A stretch of DNA of 64,000 nt. It comes from Mobula hypostoma. Its lineage: Eukaryota. The notes beneath the pieces are model-generated. The model was not told where the DNA came from, did not search any database, and saw only the letters and a program-made list of their open reading frames with translations. Positions 25,410-39,146 of the stretch are shown here, piece after piece (position 1 is the first letter of the stretch; every line of letters begins with the position of its first letter). Location of the stretch: contig NC_086101.1 of assembly GCF_963921235.1 (NCBI RefSeq), positions 79,794,001 through 79,858,000 on the forward strand, read 5' to 3'. The translations under genes were made by a program, and so were the position numbers.

Positions 25410-26574
25410 AGAGTCGTGTATGCAGCGCCCTTAGTATTAAGGATCCCACCCATCCATCCAGCAACCTCTGACTTTCTATCATCAGGCAGGAGACTACAAT
25501 GCATAAAAGCAAGAACAGTCTGGATGAGAAACAGTTTCTTCCCTCAGGCCATTAAGCTTCTGAACTCCCTGCCAGATCGCATTCAAGGCGTCATTTGTTA
25601 ATCTGTTCTGTACTTTGCAATATTTAATTTATGCACTTCAATTTGTTTATTTATGTGTAATCCATATGTAGATTTCATCCTTACTTTCACAAGTTATTAT
25701 GTGTTATGTATACTACAGTGCTTTACACCCCAGTTCGGAGAAACATTGTCTTGTCAGACGGCATACTTGACGATAAACTTGACTAGACTTGCCTGCAAAC
25801 AGTTCTAATATCAGAACATTATGACACCCAGCATCAGACTGAGATGCAGAACTTGTTTCCTTATCAGTACTCAGTCTGAGATCTCTCTCCACTAAGCAAC
25901 ACAAGTGCACTAAATGATCTTACTGTTGCCAAAACTCCTGGAGGAGGCTAACCACTGATGAGAGGGTTAGGAAACTCAGTTCATAGCTGTGAATCAAGGT
26001 ACAATCATTGCTGGCAAACAGCCAGAGGCTGCTGCTGGACTCCAGCAAATCACCGATCTCTCAGAAGAGATGGAGATATGTAGGGGCAGTTATAGCTGTA
26101 ACTACCCATAAACAGGTTTGGACAAGTTGGCCCTGTTCTATCTGTAACATACAGGATAAAAGGAAAAATAGAAAAGAAAGAACATATTGAGAAAAGCCCA
26201 GCATTGAAGCAGCACCTCTGGACAAAGAAAAATAAATTCTCTCTTCACATATGCCACCTAAATGGGGAATACTTTGCATTCTTTCTTGCTTTTTGAAAAG
26301 AGAGCATTGCTGGTTTGGTGATTTCTGAGAACTGATAATGTACAGAATTCTTTCCCACACTCCCAGTCTCCTCCAGCAATGTGTTAATATTTGATTTGCT
26401 CAAAACACCTCTTTCCACACCCAATGCCTTCAACTGCCACCCAGAACAAGTCACCACTGAAATAGAATACTATTCCAGCCTACTGAAGAGCCTGAAGTAC
26501 TCAAGACTATATAGTGGCAAATGCATTGTAACTAGTCAGAAAAGACACATGGTTCTACCTAAAATGAGAGAGAG

Positions 26575-29500
26575 ATATAGTCATACAGCATAGAAACAGA
26601 CACTTCAGTTCAAATAATCCAAGCTGACTAAGAAGCCCCATCTAAACTAGTCCCATTTGCCAGCATTTGGCCTATAACCTTCTAAACCTTTCCAATCCAT
26701 GTGTCTGTCCAACTGTCTTTTAAAAGTTGTCACTGTACCTGCCTCAACCACTCCTGCTGGCAGCTGATTCTACATGCGTGCAAAAAAAGTTGCACTTCAA
26801 GATCCTCTTAAGCCTATCCACCCTCACCTTAAAACAAAGCCATCTAGTTCTTGACACACTAACTATAGGATAAAGACCGAATACATTCACCTTTCTGATC
26901 CCAATTCTTTCTCCTTTACCATAGCATTGGAGAGGGATAGGAACAGACAAGTTAGGAAAGCGTTTAATTGGCGTAAAGGGAGATATGAGGCAATCAGGCA
27001 GGAACTTGGAAGCATAAATTAGAAACAGGAGTTCTCAGGGAAATGTACAGAAGAAATGTGGCAAATGTTCAGAGGATATCTGCGTGGAGTTCCAACAAGG
27101 TATGTTCCAACGAGACAGGGAAAGGATGGTAGGGTACAGGAATCGTGGCGTACAAAGGCTGTTGTAAGTCTAGTCAAGAAAAGAAGAGCTTACGAAAGGT
27201 TCAAAAAAACTAGGTCACGATTGAGATCTAGAAGATTATCAGGCTAGCAGGAAGGAGCTTAAGAAAGAAATTAGAAGAGCCAGAACGGTCATCATGAGAT
27301 GACTGTGGTGAACAGGATTTAGGAAAACCCCAAGGCATTCTACAATTATGTGAAGAGCAAGAGGATAAGACGTGAGAGAATAGGACCAATCAAGTGTGAC
27401 AGTGGAAAAGTATGTATGGAACCAGAGGAGATAGCAGAGGTACTTAATGAATACTTCAGTATTCACTACAGAAAAGGAACTTGGCAATTGTAGGGATGTT
27501 TCACAGTGGACTAAAAAGCTTGAGCATGTACATATTAAGAAAGAGGATGCGTTGGAGCTTTTGGAAAGCATCAAGTTGGATAAATCACTGGGACCAGACG
27601 AGATGTACCCCAGGCTACTGTGGGAGGTGAGGGAGGAGACTGCTGAGCCTCTGGCAATGATCTTTGCATCATCAGTGGGGACAGGAGAGGTTCCAGAGGA
27701 TTGGAGCATTGAGGATGTCGTTTCATTATTCAAGAATGGGAATAGAGATGGCCCAGGAAATTATAGACCAGAGAGTCTTATTTCAGTGGTTGGTAAGTTG
27801 ATGGAAGAGATCCGGAGAGGCAGGATTTATGAACATTTCGAGAGGCATAATATGATGAGGAATAGTCAGCATAGCTTTGTCAAAGGCATGTCGTGCCTTA
27901 TCAGCCTGATTGAATTTAACTAAACTTGAGGATGTGACTAAACAAATTGATGAAGGTAGAGCAGTAGATGTAGTGTATATGGATTTCAGCAAGGCATTTG
28001 ATAAGGTACCCCATGCAAGGCTTACTGAGAAAGTAAGGAGGTATGGAATCCAGGGGGACATTGCTTTGTGGATCCAGAACTGGCTTGCCCACAGAAGGCA
28101 AAGAGTGGTTGTAGACAGGTCATATTCTGCATGGAGGTTGGTCAGCAGTGGTGTGCCTCAAGGATCTGTTCTGGGACCCCTACTCTTCATGATTTTTAAA
28201 AATAATCTGGATGAAGAAGTGGAGGGATGGGTTAATAAATTTGCTGATGACGCAAAGGTTGGGGGTGTTGTGGATAGTGTGGAGGGCTGTCAGAGGTTAC
28301 AGCGGGACATTGATAGGATGCAAAACTGAGCTGAGAAGTGGCAGATGGAGTTCAACCCAGATAAGTGTGAGGTGGTTCATTCTGGTAGGTCAAATATGAT
28401 AGAATACAGTAATAATGGTAAGACTCTTGGCAGTGTGAGGATCAGAGGGATCTTGGGGTCCAAGTCCTTTGGACACTCAAAGCTGCTGCGCAGGTTGATT
28501 CTGAGGTTAAGGAAGTATACAGTGCATTGGCCTTCATCAACTGTAGGACTGAGTTTAGGAGCCAAGAGCTAATGCTGCAGCTACAGAGGACCCTGGTCAG
28601 ACCCCACTTGGAGTACTGTGTTAAGTTCTGGTTGCCTGACTACAGGAAGGAGGTGGAAACCATAGAAAGGGTGCAGAGGAGATTTACAAGGATGTTGCCT
28701 GGATTGGGGAGCATGCCTTGTGAGAACAGGTTGAATGAGCTCTGCCTTTTTTCCTTGGAGTGACAGAGGATGAGAGGTGACTTGATAGAGGTATATAAGA
28801 TGATGAGAGGCATTGATCGTGTGGATAGTCAGAGGCTTTTTCCCAGGGCTGAAATGGCTAGCACAAGGGGGCACAGTTTTAAGGTGCTTGTAAGTAGGTA
28901 CAGAGGAGATGTCAAGGGTAAGTTCGTTTTTTTATTGTTATTGCTTTGTTTTTTTTCCCCAAAACGCAGACAGTGGTGAATGCGTGGAATGGGCTGCCAG
29001 CAGCGGTGGTGGAGGTGGATATGATAGGGTCTTTTAAGAGATTCCTGGACAGGTACATGGAGCTCAGAAAAGTAGAGGGCTATGGGTAACCTTAGGTAAT
29101 TTCTAAGGTAAGGACATGTTCGGCACATCTTTGTGCACTGAGGGCCAGTATTGTGCTGTAGGTTTTCTATGTTTCTATGTTACCTTACCTATGCTCCTCG
29201 TGAATTTATACATCTGTATGAAATCACCTCCCAGTACCCTACACTGAAGGAATAAAGTCCTAGCCTGTCCAACTTCTCCCTATAATATAACCTAGTGTCT
29301 CAAGTCCTGGCAGTATCCCTGTAAATCTTTGCTCCATTCTTTCCAGTTTAAACAACATCTTTCCTTTCGCAGTGTGACCAAACCTAAACACAATACTTCA
29401 AGTGCAGCCTCGCCAATGTCCTGTACAACCACATGATTACCTCCCAACTTCAATACTCAATGCCCTGACTTTGAAGGCCTTCTTCACCACAAAGTCTACC

Positions 29501-29640
29501 TGTGACTTTACTTTCAGGGAATCATGTACTTGTTCACCAGATTTCCTCTATTCTACAACAATCCCTAGGACCCTGCAGTTCCATGTTAAAGTCCAACCTG
29601 GATTTAATTTTCCAAAGTGTAACACCTCACACTTATCAAA
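26575..29640 (-). mobile_element. Older CR1 3-prime fragment split by a younger plus-strand CR1
   Basis: Minus CR1 tail at 26575-26905 resumes at 29181-29640. Confidence 0.75.
26912..29180 (+). mobile_element. CR1 LINE ORF2 (RT) 5-prime truncated, multiple frameshifts
   Basis: PGNYRP.SL.SVVGKLME, VDVVYMDFSKAFDKVPH, GVPQGSVLGPLLF, KFADDAK; tail TTTCTATGTTTCTATG. Confidence 0.96.
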
Positions 29641-30488
29641 ATAGATTCAACATAAAGTATCCCAGTCTTCACTAACACTAAGACACTGCCAAATGAAAGT
29701 TCTAAATAGTGAGGATATCAAGTTCTAACTGAAGACATTATACAGATATACCAAACAAAAATAAATCAAAATTGTAAATTTAGTTTGATTAATACCCAAG
29801 TGGTACAATTTTCCCCAAATATTAATTCTTCCCAAAAACACTGCAAACTGGATCAAAATTATATTTAAAAGCAGTTCATATGTTTTTTCTCCAAAGGAAA
29901 TCTTAAAGTAATTATCAATTATACTTTCTAAAATATGTGGCTTTCTTGTAGCACAATGACATTCTTTTAAATATATACAGGAAGAAATCAACCATAGGCA
30001 AGACATTTGGTATTTTACCAACGCCATATATTCTCACTCCTGTCTTGAATAAGAACATGCCAAGTTAACGAAAATGCACAGAAATACATTTAAAATGTAG
30101 AAAATTTTAAACTAATAAATTACACTTTGTTTGCAATAAAGCAGAAATTTATACAGATGTCACATCTGTAACTGAATGATAACAAGAACCTTTTTTTTAA
30201 AAAAGAGCTCACTTCAAACTATACATTCGAATAGTTTCCCGTTCTCAATATCCCATGAAGCCGTACTCGTGACAGTATTCACTAAATGAGCTTAAGAAAA
30301 CAGATTTTGATGGTGCTGGTTTGTAATTAATTAAATTCAACTCATATACCTATTTATGTCAAATATATTTTGACGGCTAAATAATCTGGATCATATGTTG
30401 TGTTATGAAAACCAGCCATCCCTCCATGGACTCTGTTTACACTTCCCACTGCCACAGAAAGGTAGCCAAAAATATCAAAGATCCCTCA

Positions 30489-31004
30489 TTCTGCCTCTAA
30501 AGGTACTGTTTGTTTTATATGCAGTTTGTTTTGTACCAACATCACTTCCGGTTCGTAAGCTATCCACATAGGTTAATTTGGATTTCAACTTGAAAGACAT
30601 CTATCTACATGCACTTTTTATTTGCCCTTGAAACAGCAACATATGTGCAACTTACAGCTTTCTTAATTTTGGTAAACATTCAGTAGATATACTTTGAAGG
30701 AAGTTTATTATTCATCACTGTTAAGCTATCGTTGTGGCAAGAATTCACTCCAGTCCATGGCATAGCTATAGTAAGGTGCACATATTAGCTTAACACTGAT
30801 CATGATGATAATCAAAAATATTAGTATATTAACTCATGCAATGTTTCTGTATTGAATTTAACATGTATTTTACTTAACCTTTTCACAAGTTTCACAAGTT
30901 TTCTCATTAGAAACCCTGAAGAAAGCTTTTGGCTTGGGTGATTTTTGAAAAGGTGTTTAACTCCCTGCCTAGCTTTGTATGCAATGCACTCTGAGGGCAG
31001 TAGA
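30489..31004 (+). repeat. BEL 5-prime LTR
   Basis: Shares blocks such as CACTTTTTATTTGCCCTTGAAACAGCAA with 37588-38151. Confidence 0.85.
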
Positions 31005-31276
31005 GTGAAAAGATAATTAATCTTCAAAGGCATTGTCCGTGGACTAGAGACATGCCATCCATACGCCACAATATCAGCTTCAATGATTGCTGAACCCTGG
31101 AAGTCAGGTCAGAATATGGCACATCATCGCATCTTCGTTGCACTCCAGCAAAATTACAAATAGCATAGCTGCAGCACACACTCGTCATAGAAACATAGAA
31201 AATAGGTGCAGGAGTAGGCCATTCGGCCCTTCGAGCCTGCACCGCCAGTTATTATGATCATGCCTGATCATCCAAC

Positions 31277-34073
31277 TCAGAACCCTGCCCCAGCCTTCCC
31301 TCCATACCCCCTGATCCCCGTAGCCACAAGGGCCACATCTAACTCCCTCTTAAATATAGCCAATGAACTGGCCTCAACTGTTTCCTGTGGCAGAGAATTC
31401 CACAGATTCACCACTCTCTGTGTGAAGAAGTTTTTCCTAATCTCGGTTCTAAAAGGCTTCCCCTTTATCCTCAAACTGTGACCCCTCGTTCTGGACTTCC
31501 CCAACAACGGGAACAATCTTCCTGCATCTAGCCTGTCCAATCCATTTAGGATTTTATACGTTTCAATCAGATCCCCCCTCAATCTTCTAAATTCCAACGA
31601 GTACAAGCCCAGTTCATCCAGTCTTTCTTCAGATGAAAGTCCTGCCATCCCAGGAATCAATCTGGTGAACCTTCTTTGTACTCCCTCTATGGCAATGATG
31701 TCTTTCCTCAGATTAGGGGACCAAAACTGCGCACAATACTCCAGGTGTGGTCTCACCAAGGCCTTGTACAACTGCAGTAGTACCTCCCTGCTCCGGTACT
31801 CGAATCCTCTCGCTATAAATGCCAGCATACCATTCGCCTTTTTCACTGCCTGCTGTACCTGCATGCCCACTTTCAATGACTGGTGTATAATGACACCCAG
31901 GTCTCGTTGCACCTCCCCTTTTCCTAATCGGCCACCATTCACATAATAATCTGTTTTCCTATTTTTGCCACCAAAGTGGATAACTTCACATTTATCCACA
32001 TTAAATTGCATCTGCCATGAATTTGCCCACTCACCCAACCTATCCAAGTCACCCTGCATCCTCTTAGCATCCTCCTCACAGCTAACACTGCCACCCAGCT
32101 TCGTGTCATCCGCAAACTTGGAGATGCTGCATTTAATTCCCACATCCAAGTCATTAATATACATTGTAAACAACTGGGGTCCCAGTACTGAGCCTTGCGG
32201 TACCCCACTAGTCACCACCTGCCATTCTGAAAAGGTCCCGTTTATTCCCACTCTTTGCTTCCTGTCTGCTAACCAATTCTCTATCCACATCAATACCTTA
32301 CCCCCAATACCGTGTGCTTTAAGTTTGCACACTAATCTCCTGTGTGGGACCTTGTCAAAAGCCTTTTGAAAATCCAAATATACCACATCCACTGGTTCTC
32401 CCCTATCCACTCTACTAGTTACATCCTCAAAAAATTCTATGAGATTCGTCAGACATGATTTTCCTTTCACAAATCCATGCTGACTTTGTCCGATCATTTC
32501 ACCGTTTTCCAAATGTGCTGTTATCACATCTTTGATAACTGACTCCAGCAGTTTCCCCACCACCGACGTTAGGCTAACCGGTCTATAATTCCCCGGTTTC
32601 TCTCTCCCTCCTTTTTTAAAAAGTGGGGTTACATTAGCCACCCTCCAATCCTCAGGAACTAGTCCAGAATCTAACGAGTTTTGAAAAATTATCACTAATG
32701 CATCCACTATTTCTTGGGCTACTTCCTTAAGCACTCTGGGATGCAGACCATCTGGCCCTGGGGATTTATTTGCCTTCAATCCCTTCAATTTACCTAACAC
32801 CACTTCCCTACTAACATGTATTTCGCTCAGTTCCTCCATCTCACTGGACCCTCTGTCCCCTACTATTTCTGGAAGATTATTTATGTCCTCCTTAGTGAAG
32901 ACAGAACCAAAGTAATTATTCAATTGGTCTGCCATGTCCTTGCTCCCCATAATCAATTCACCTGTTTCTGTCTGTAGGGGACCTACATTTGTCTTTACCA
33001 GTCTTTTCCTTTTTACATATTTATAAAAGCTTTTACAGTCAGTTTTTATGTTCCCCGCCAGTTTTCTCTCATAATCTTTTTTCCCCTTCCTAATTAAGTC
33101 CTTTGTCCTCCTCTGCTGAACTCTGAATTTCTCCCAGTCCTCAGGTGAGCCACTTTTTCTGGCTAATTTGTATGCTTCTTCTTTGGAATTGATACTATCC
33201 CTAATTTCTCTTGTCAGCCATGGGTGCACTACCTTCCTTGATTTATTCTTTTGCCAAACTGGGATGAACAATTGTTGTAGTTCATCCATGCAATCTTTAA
33301 ATGCTTGCCATTGCATATCCACCGTCAATCCTTTAAGTGTCATTTGCCAGTCTATCTTAGCTAATTCATGTCTCATACCTTCAAAGTTACCCCTCTAAGT
33401 TCAAAACCTTTGTTTCTGAATTAACTATGTCACTCTCCATCTTAATGAAGAATTCCACCATATTATGGTCACTCTTACCCAAGGGGCCTCTCACGACAAG
33501 ATTGCTAATTAACCCTTCCTCATTGCTCAAAACCCAGTCCAGAATAGCCTGCTCTCTAGTTGGTTCCTCGACATGTTGGTTCAAAAAACCATCCCACATA
33601 CATTCCAAGAAATCCTCTTCCTCAGCACCTTTACCAATTTGGTTCACCCAATCTACATGTAGATTGAAGTCACCCATTATAACTGCTGTTCCTTTATTGC
33701 ACACATTTCTAATTTCCTGTTTAATACCATCTCTGACCTCACTACTACTGTTAGGTGGTCTGTACACAATTCCCACCAGCGTTTTCTGCCCCTTAGTGTT
33801 ACGCAGCTCTACCCATATCGATTCCACATCTTCCCGGCTTATGTTCCTCCTTTCTATTGCGTTAATCTCATCTTTAACCAGCAACGCCACCCCACCTCCT
33901 TTTCTTTCATGTCTATCCCTCCTGAATATTGAATATCCCTGAATGTTGAGCTCCCATCCTTGGTCACCCTGGAGCCATGTCTCTGTGATCCCAACTATAT
34001 CATAATCATTAATAACAATCTGCACTTTCAATTCATCCACCTTATTACGAATGCTCCTTGCATTGACACACAA
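31277..34073 (-). pseudogene. CR1 ORF2: AP endonuclease (33387-34073) and reverse transcriptase (31277-33376), single frameshift at about 33390
   Basis: NARSIRNK, GITETWL, GDFN, SDH (APE); DFQKAFDKVPH, PQGSVLGP, FADD (RT). Confidence 0.95.
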
Positions 34074-34354
34074 AGCCTTCAGGCGCTCTTTTACAACTCT
34101 CTTAGCCCTTATACAATTATGTTGAAAAGTGGCCCTTTTTCATGCTTGCCCTGGATTTGTCGGCCTGCCACTTTTACTTTTCTCCTTAGTACTTTTTGCT
34201 TCCACCCTCACTTTACACCCCTCTGTCTCTCTGCGCTCGTTCCCATCCCCCTGTTGTGAACTAACCTCCTCTCGCTAATCTTCAAATCTCGCTAATCTCG
34301 CTAATCTCCTCTAACCTCCGCCTCTTTAATTTGATTCCCACCCCCCAACCATTC

Positions 34355-34905
34355 TAGTTTAAAGTCACCTCAGTAGCCCTCGCTAATCTCCCTGCCAGGA
34401 TATTGGTCCCCCTAGGATTCAAGTGTAACCCGTCCTTTTTGTACAGGTCACGCCTGTGCCAAAAGAGGTCCCAATGATCCAAAAACTTGAATCCCTGCCC
34501 CCTGCTCCAATCCCTCAGCTACGCATTTATCCTCCACCTCATTGCATTCCTACTCTCACTGTCGCGTGGCACAGGCAGTAATCCCGAGATTACTACCTTT
34601 GCGGTCCTTTTTCTCAACTCCCTTCCTAGCTCCCTATATTCTCCTTTCAGGACCTCATCCCTTTTCCTACCTATGGCATTGGTACCTATATGTACCACGA
34701 CCTCTGGCTCCTCACCCTCCCACTTCAGGATATCTTGAACACGATCAGAAATATCCCGGACCCTGGCACCAGGGAGGCAAACTACCATCCGGGTCTCTGG
34801 ACTGCGTCCACAGAATCGCCTATCTGACCCCCTTACTATCGAGTCCCCTATCACAACTGCCCTCCTCTTCCTTGCCCAACCCTTCCGAGCTACAGGGCCG
34901 GACTC
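34355..34905 (-). pseudogene. CR1 ORF1 SGNH/GDSL esterase domain with a nonsense codon at 34519
   Basis: VIGDSIVRG, CLPGA and HIGTN; after the stop, DGLHLNPRG. Confidence 0.9.
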
Positions 34906-37587
34906 TATGCCAAGGCTGAAGTGGCAAAAATTAAGAGCATCATATGCCAAGCATGAAATCGAAATGCTAATGGAGAAAGCACGTACAGAGGCTACACTGA
35001 ATGCACTCAAGGAGGAGCACGAAGCTGAGGCTGCCCTTAGCAGAGTCAAAGGTGTATTAAGCAGCAGCCTTAGACAATGGTGGTCATCTCTGAGAAGGTG
35101 ACTGAAGAACTGACCAATGGTGCAAGCCCTCTAATATGACATGGCTGCTCAACAGAGGATGAAATCAAAGTACCAAAGATAAGAACCAGTTTCCTGTGAT
35201 GCTTCACATCAGATCTTCACCCAGTTCTCCTCCTGAACTTGCATCCTCTGCTTCAGATTCAAACCTAAAGAAAAATGAACCATCATTTAAGGTGGAAAGT
35301 GAGACGTGTTTAAAATCACCCAATTTGAAAATACACAGGTGTTCACCACTTAATAAGAGCACTGAACAGTGCACAGAATGCATCAGTAGTTCATCTTTCT
35401 ACAGAAGCTACCACAGAACCAACTGCACAGCCCTCCCTCGCCGCACCAGGCTGTGGTGATAAATCGCTGTTGGACAATAGTTTGAGTGAGATGCTAAGTC
35501 TGGCCAGAGAAACCCTGAGGCAGAGTCAGTCCACTTGTGGACTTAACAATCATCCGTATAGTGGTGGAGAATCTGTACAGGTGGCAAGGAGAACTGGAGA
35601 ACAGTAACAATATCTTGCAGAACAAGGATGGGCACACAGTGCAGCAAGCAGCGGTGGTCTCCAGGAAACTGAGCCAAGAAACCATTGACACACCGGAAGA
35701 ACTAGACCCAGATACAGCTGTAAATTCAGGGCCAACACCTTGGGCTACTGGTTCCAGCACATCCGCAGCAGAGCACGGCGGGAAGCAAGCTGAGCATCCA
35801 TCAGGTATAGATACTTCCCCGTACGTTCCAAAGAAACTTCAGAAGTTACTGGAAACAAAGCCAATAGATTTGTTGTGGAGTCAACAAAGTGGAGGTCTGC
35901 TTACCCCTGCCGACTCTCATTGACTTCAATTGTAGTCCCAACAACAGGGATGAAATCCCAACCCATTAAGCTGCACACAGTTGTTCACATCTGAAGGACA
36001 TCGTTGACAAAATCCCCTTACTTCACTCTTCCACTGAGATTCTCCTGTTGCTGGGCAGAGACACTATCTGTGCACATAAGGTATGTGAACAGCACAACAG
36101 TCAGCACGACACACCTTATGCCCAATGACTGGACCTGGGTTGGATCACAGCCTGCCACGATGGTGCTCATCAGACCACTATCATTGCATTTAAGACTAAC
36201 GTCCTGAAGGATGGGCACCTAAGTCATTTCAGAGCTCGGCACATTTGTAGGCAACTTCTCAGCACAGAGTACCTGAATTGCTAGAGGTTAGAATTCTTCT
36301 TGTTCGAAGACAGGTGTATGAAAAGAAATCACAAAGCAGGAACTTCTCACAAAGCAAAGTCTCCTAGGCAAATGTTGTCCCTTTATTGGATCTGAGGGGC
36401 TATTATGCGTTGGAGGACACATTAAGAAGGCACAACTCACTTCTGAGGAAACTCATTCATTTATCATCTTGGGTAAGCATCACGTAACCTTTTGGCCCAT
36501 CAGACTTTACCATGGAAAAGAATGTCATCATGGCCGACATTTTACTAAGGAGCTGTAAGAGCAGCAGGTTTACGGATTGTTGGAGGAAAGCAAACAATCA
36601 GTAGCCTAGGCTACCTTTGTGTGACACATCACAAGTTGCGAGGTAGACAGCAGGAACATAAGGTTCATTTGAACACAGACCCAGCGTTTAAGCATGTGGG
36701 TTTGGAGGTGTTTGGCCCATAGTCCATCAATTCAGGGAAAACACGAGGGTCATGCAAATTCTAAACATTGGGCTGTTATTTTTACATGCACGAGCACACA
36801 TGCTATTCGCATCAAAGTGATCAAATAAATGGACTCATTCAGCTTCATCAATGCCCTCTGCTGTTTCTTCACAATCAGGGGACCAGTGACGCAGTTAAGG
36901 TCTGACCATGGGACCAATTTCACTGGAGCTTGTAGAGAGCTTCAAATTGATCCCATATGCTGCAAAGACAACTATGTGAGTAACTATCTTTCCAATCAAA
37001 GTCAAACATGGATTTTCAAACCCGCCCCCCCCCCACCCTGCCTGGCCATGTTTCACAGAGGATGATTCTTAGGAAAGGACAACTAGCATCACATGTCGGA
37101 TTTTCAATGCAATGCTCCTTAAAGTGGGCCTTTGAAGCTCACATGCTAAATCCTGACAACCTTCATGGCTGAGGTTACAGTTATTGTAAGCTTCAGTCTG
37201 TACATAGCCAGACGAGCATCATATATTGATGCCTGCTCTGCTCCTCCTGTTCGGCTAGGTCACTTTAACAATGCTAACCAATAGACAGGAAGGGAGGGAG
37301 GTCCAGAGTTTGGCCAAAACCTTTTGGCTAAAGTGGTGGAGAGAGTACATTACCAATCTCCAGAGTCGGAGAAAATGGGAAAACTATTAGGGTTAGTCAC
37401 ACAAATCTTCGAGTGAAGATGGGAAAATTAAGAAAATTGAAGAGAGAACATTAAAGATGGCATAGTAAGACTTTTTTTTAGACCAGTCTCTGAAACCATC
37501 CATTCTTTTCCCAGAGACTTAATGAAATGAGGATTTGATATTTAGTTTCAGTAGTTGAGTTTGACATCACAGATGTCAAGCAGAGAG

Positions 37588-38151
37588 TGTTCTGCTTCTA
37601 GAGGTGCCGTTCATGTTGTATGTAGTTCATTTTGCGCAAACATCACTTGCTGTTTGTAAGCTTCCCCACCCCACATCATTCCCTGCACCGGTCAATTTGG
37701 ATTTTGACTTGAAGCAAACACAGTAGAAAGACATCCTTCTCCATCCACTTTTTATTTGCCCTTGAAACAGCAATATCTGTGAGTCTTAAGTTTTCTTAAT
37801 ATCGGTAAATATTTGGTAGATGTAAATAAAGGAAGTATTATGTTTATCATTATTAGGCTAATGTTGCGCCCCTTTTTCACTCTAGTCCATGACATAACTA
37901 TAGAAAGTTGCATGTGTGTCTCAACTTGTTTAACGCTGATCATGAGAATAATCAATAATTGGTATATTCAGGCTTGACATGATTCTGTATTGAATTTAAT
38001 CCGTATTTTACTTAACTTTCTGAAGTTTCACAAAGTATCTCATGAAAAATCCTTAAAACCCCAGAAGAAAACTTCCGGCACTCAAGTGATATTTGAGAAG
38101 GAATTCAATTCCCAGCTTGGCTTTGTATGCAATGTACCTCAGGGCAGTAGA
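37588..38151 (+). repeat. BEL 3-prime LTR
   Basis: Starts TGTTCTGC after GCAGAGAG; homologous to the 5-prime LTR. Confidence 0.85.
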
Positions 38152-38364
38152 TTCCTTCCACGCCATACATTCTATCTGCTCCCCCTTCCACTGAGCAGAA
38201 GATACAAAAGCCTAAAGCATGTACGACCAGCTTCTATCCCACTTTTATAAGACTGTTGCACACTGAAGATCAGTAATAGCATCTTCTCCTCACTGACACA
38301 TTTCAAGGTTATATTGTTATGCCACTACTCTACATTCTCTAAACTCACAGCACAAACACCATGT

Positions 38365-39146
38365 ATAATTCACCAACGTTGTTGAAGAAGAGGTGACAAG
38401 AAGTGAAATAGACTGGCTGGTTAAATGGTATTGCCACAAGCTTACACTCAAAATCAGCAAGCCCCAAGATATGATTCTGAATTTCAAGAAGTTGGGAGAA
38501 CACACAACAGTCTTCCTTGAAGGATCTGTGGTGGAAAAGGTGAGCAGCTTCAAGTTCCTGGGTATCAACATCACAGAGGACCATCTTGGGCCCAAGACAT
38601 TGATATAATCACAAAGGTAGCACAGCAGCAGCTCTACTTCATGAGCAGTTTAACGAGATTCAGTATGTCATCAAAGATTCATGTAAATTTCTACAGATGT
38701 ATGGTGGAGAGTATTCTAATTGGCTACATCACTGCCTACTATGAAACATCCAACATGCAGGATCAAAAGATGCTGTAGAGGGTTATAAATTCTGCCATCT
38801 CCATCATGAGAACACCCTCCCCTCCACTGAGGACATCTTCAAAAGACAGTGTCTCAAGAATGTGGCACCCATTACTAAGGACCCTCACCATATGGGACAT
38901 ACCTTCTTCTCGCTACTACTACTGGGGAGGAGGTACAGGAACCTGAGGATCCACACTCAATGCTTTAGGAACCGCTTCTTCCACTCCACCGTCAGATTTC
39001 TGAACAGTCCATGAACCAATGAACATTACTTTGTTATTCCTCTTTTGCACTAATTATATTTTTAAATTATCATAAGTTTTGTGTCTTGCACACACTACTG
39101 CAAATCAAATTTCATGACATTTCAATGATAATAAACCTGATTCTGA
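38365..39146 (+). mobile_element. Rex1/Babar-type LINE 3-prime portion, decayed
   Basis: VEKVSSFKFLGINITED, FYRCMVESIL, IKDP-like motif; tail AATAAACCTGATTCTGA. Confidence 0.85.

Larger units (their letters stand above)
23355..25765 (+). mobile_element. Rex1-type LINE 3-prime fragment split by a hAT insertion
   Basis: FYRKTIESVL.GCIFIW.. on the left resumes after 25417 as KDPTHP..LSSGRRLQCIKARTVWMRNSFFPQAIKLLNS; tail GATAAACTTGAC. Confidence 0.85.
31186..34910 (-). mobile_element. Young, near-intact CR1 LINE (5-prime truncated in ORF1) nested in BEL gag
   Basis: CATAGAAACATAGAAA tail; ORF2 APE plus RT broken by one frameshift; SGNH-esterase ORF1 remnant. Confidence 0.97.
30489..38151 (+). 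mobile_element. BEL/Pao LTR retrotransposon, decayed, RT region apparently deleted
   Basis: Two homologous LTRs (30489-31004 and 37588-38151, both ending GGCAGTAGA) and a purine tract before the right LTR. Gag remnant (RAKAEVAK..SYAKHEIEMLMEKA) and integrase remnant (MDSFSFINAL..FFTIRGPVTQLRSDHGTNFTGA). Confidence 0.85.

Noticed and set aside
31254-33942. Plus-strand ORFs over the CR1
   Set aside because: Antisense shadows of CR1 ORF2.
34519-35049. 176-aa novel esterase ORF
   Set aside because: Chimera of antisense BEL gag sequence and truncated CR1 ORF1.
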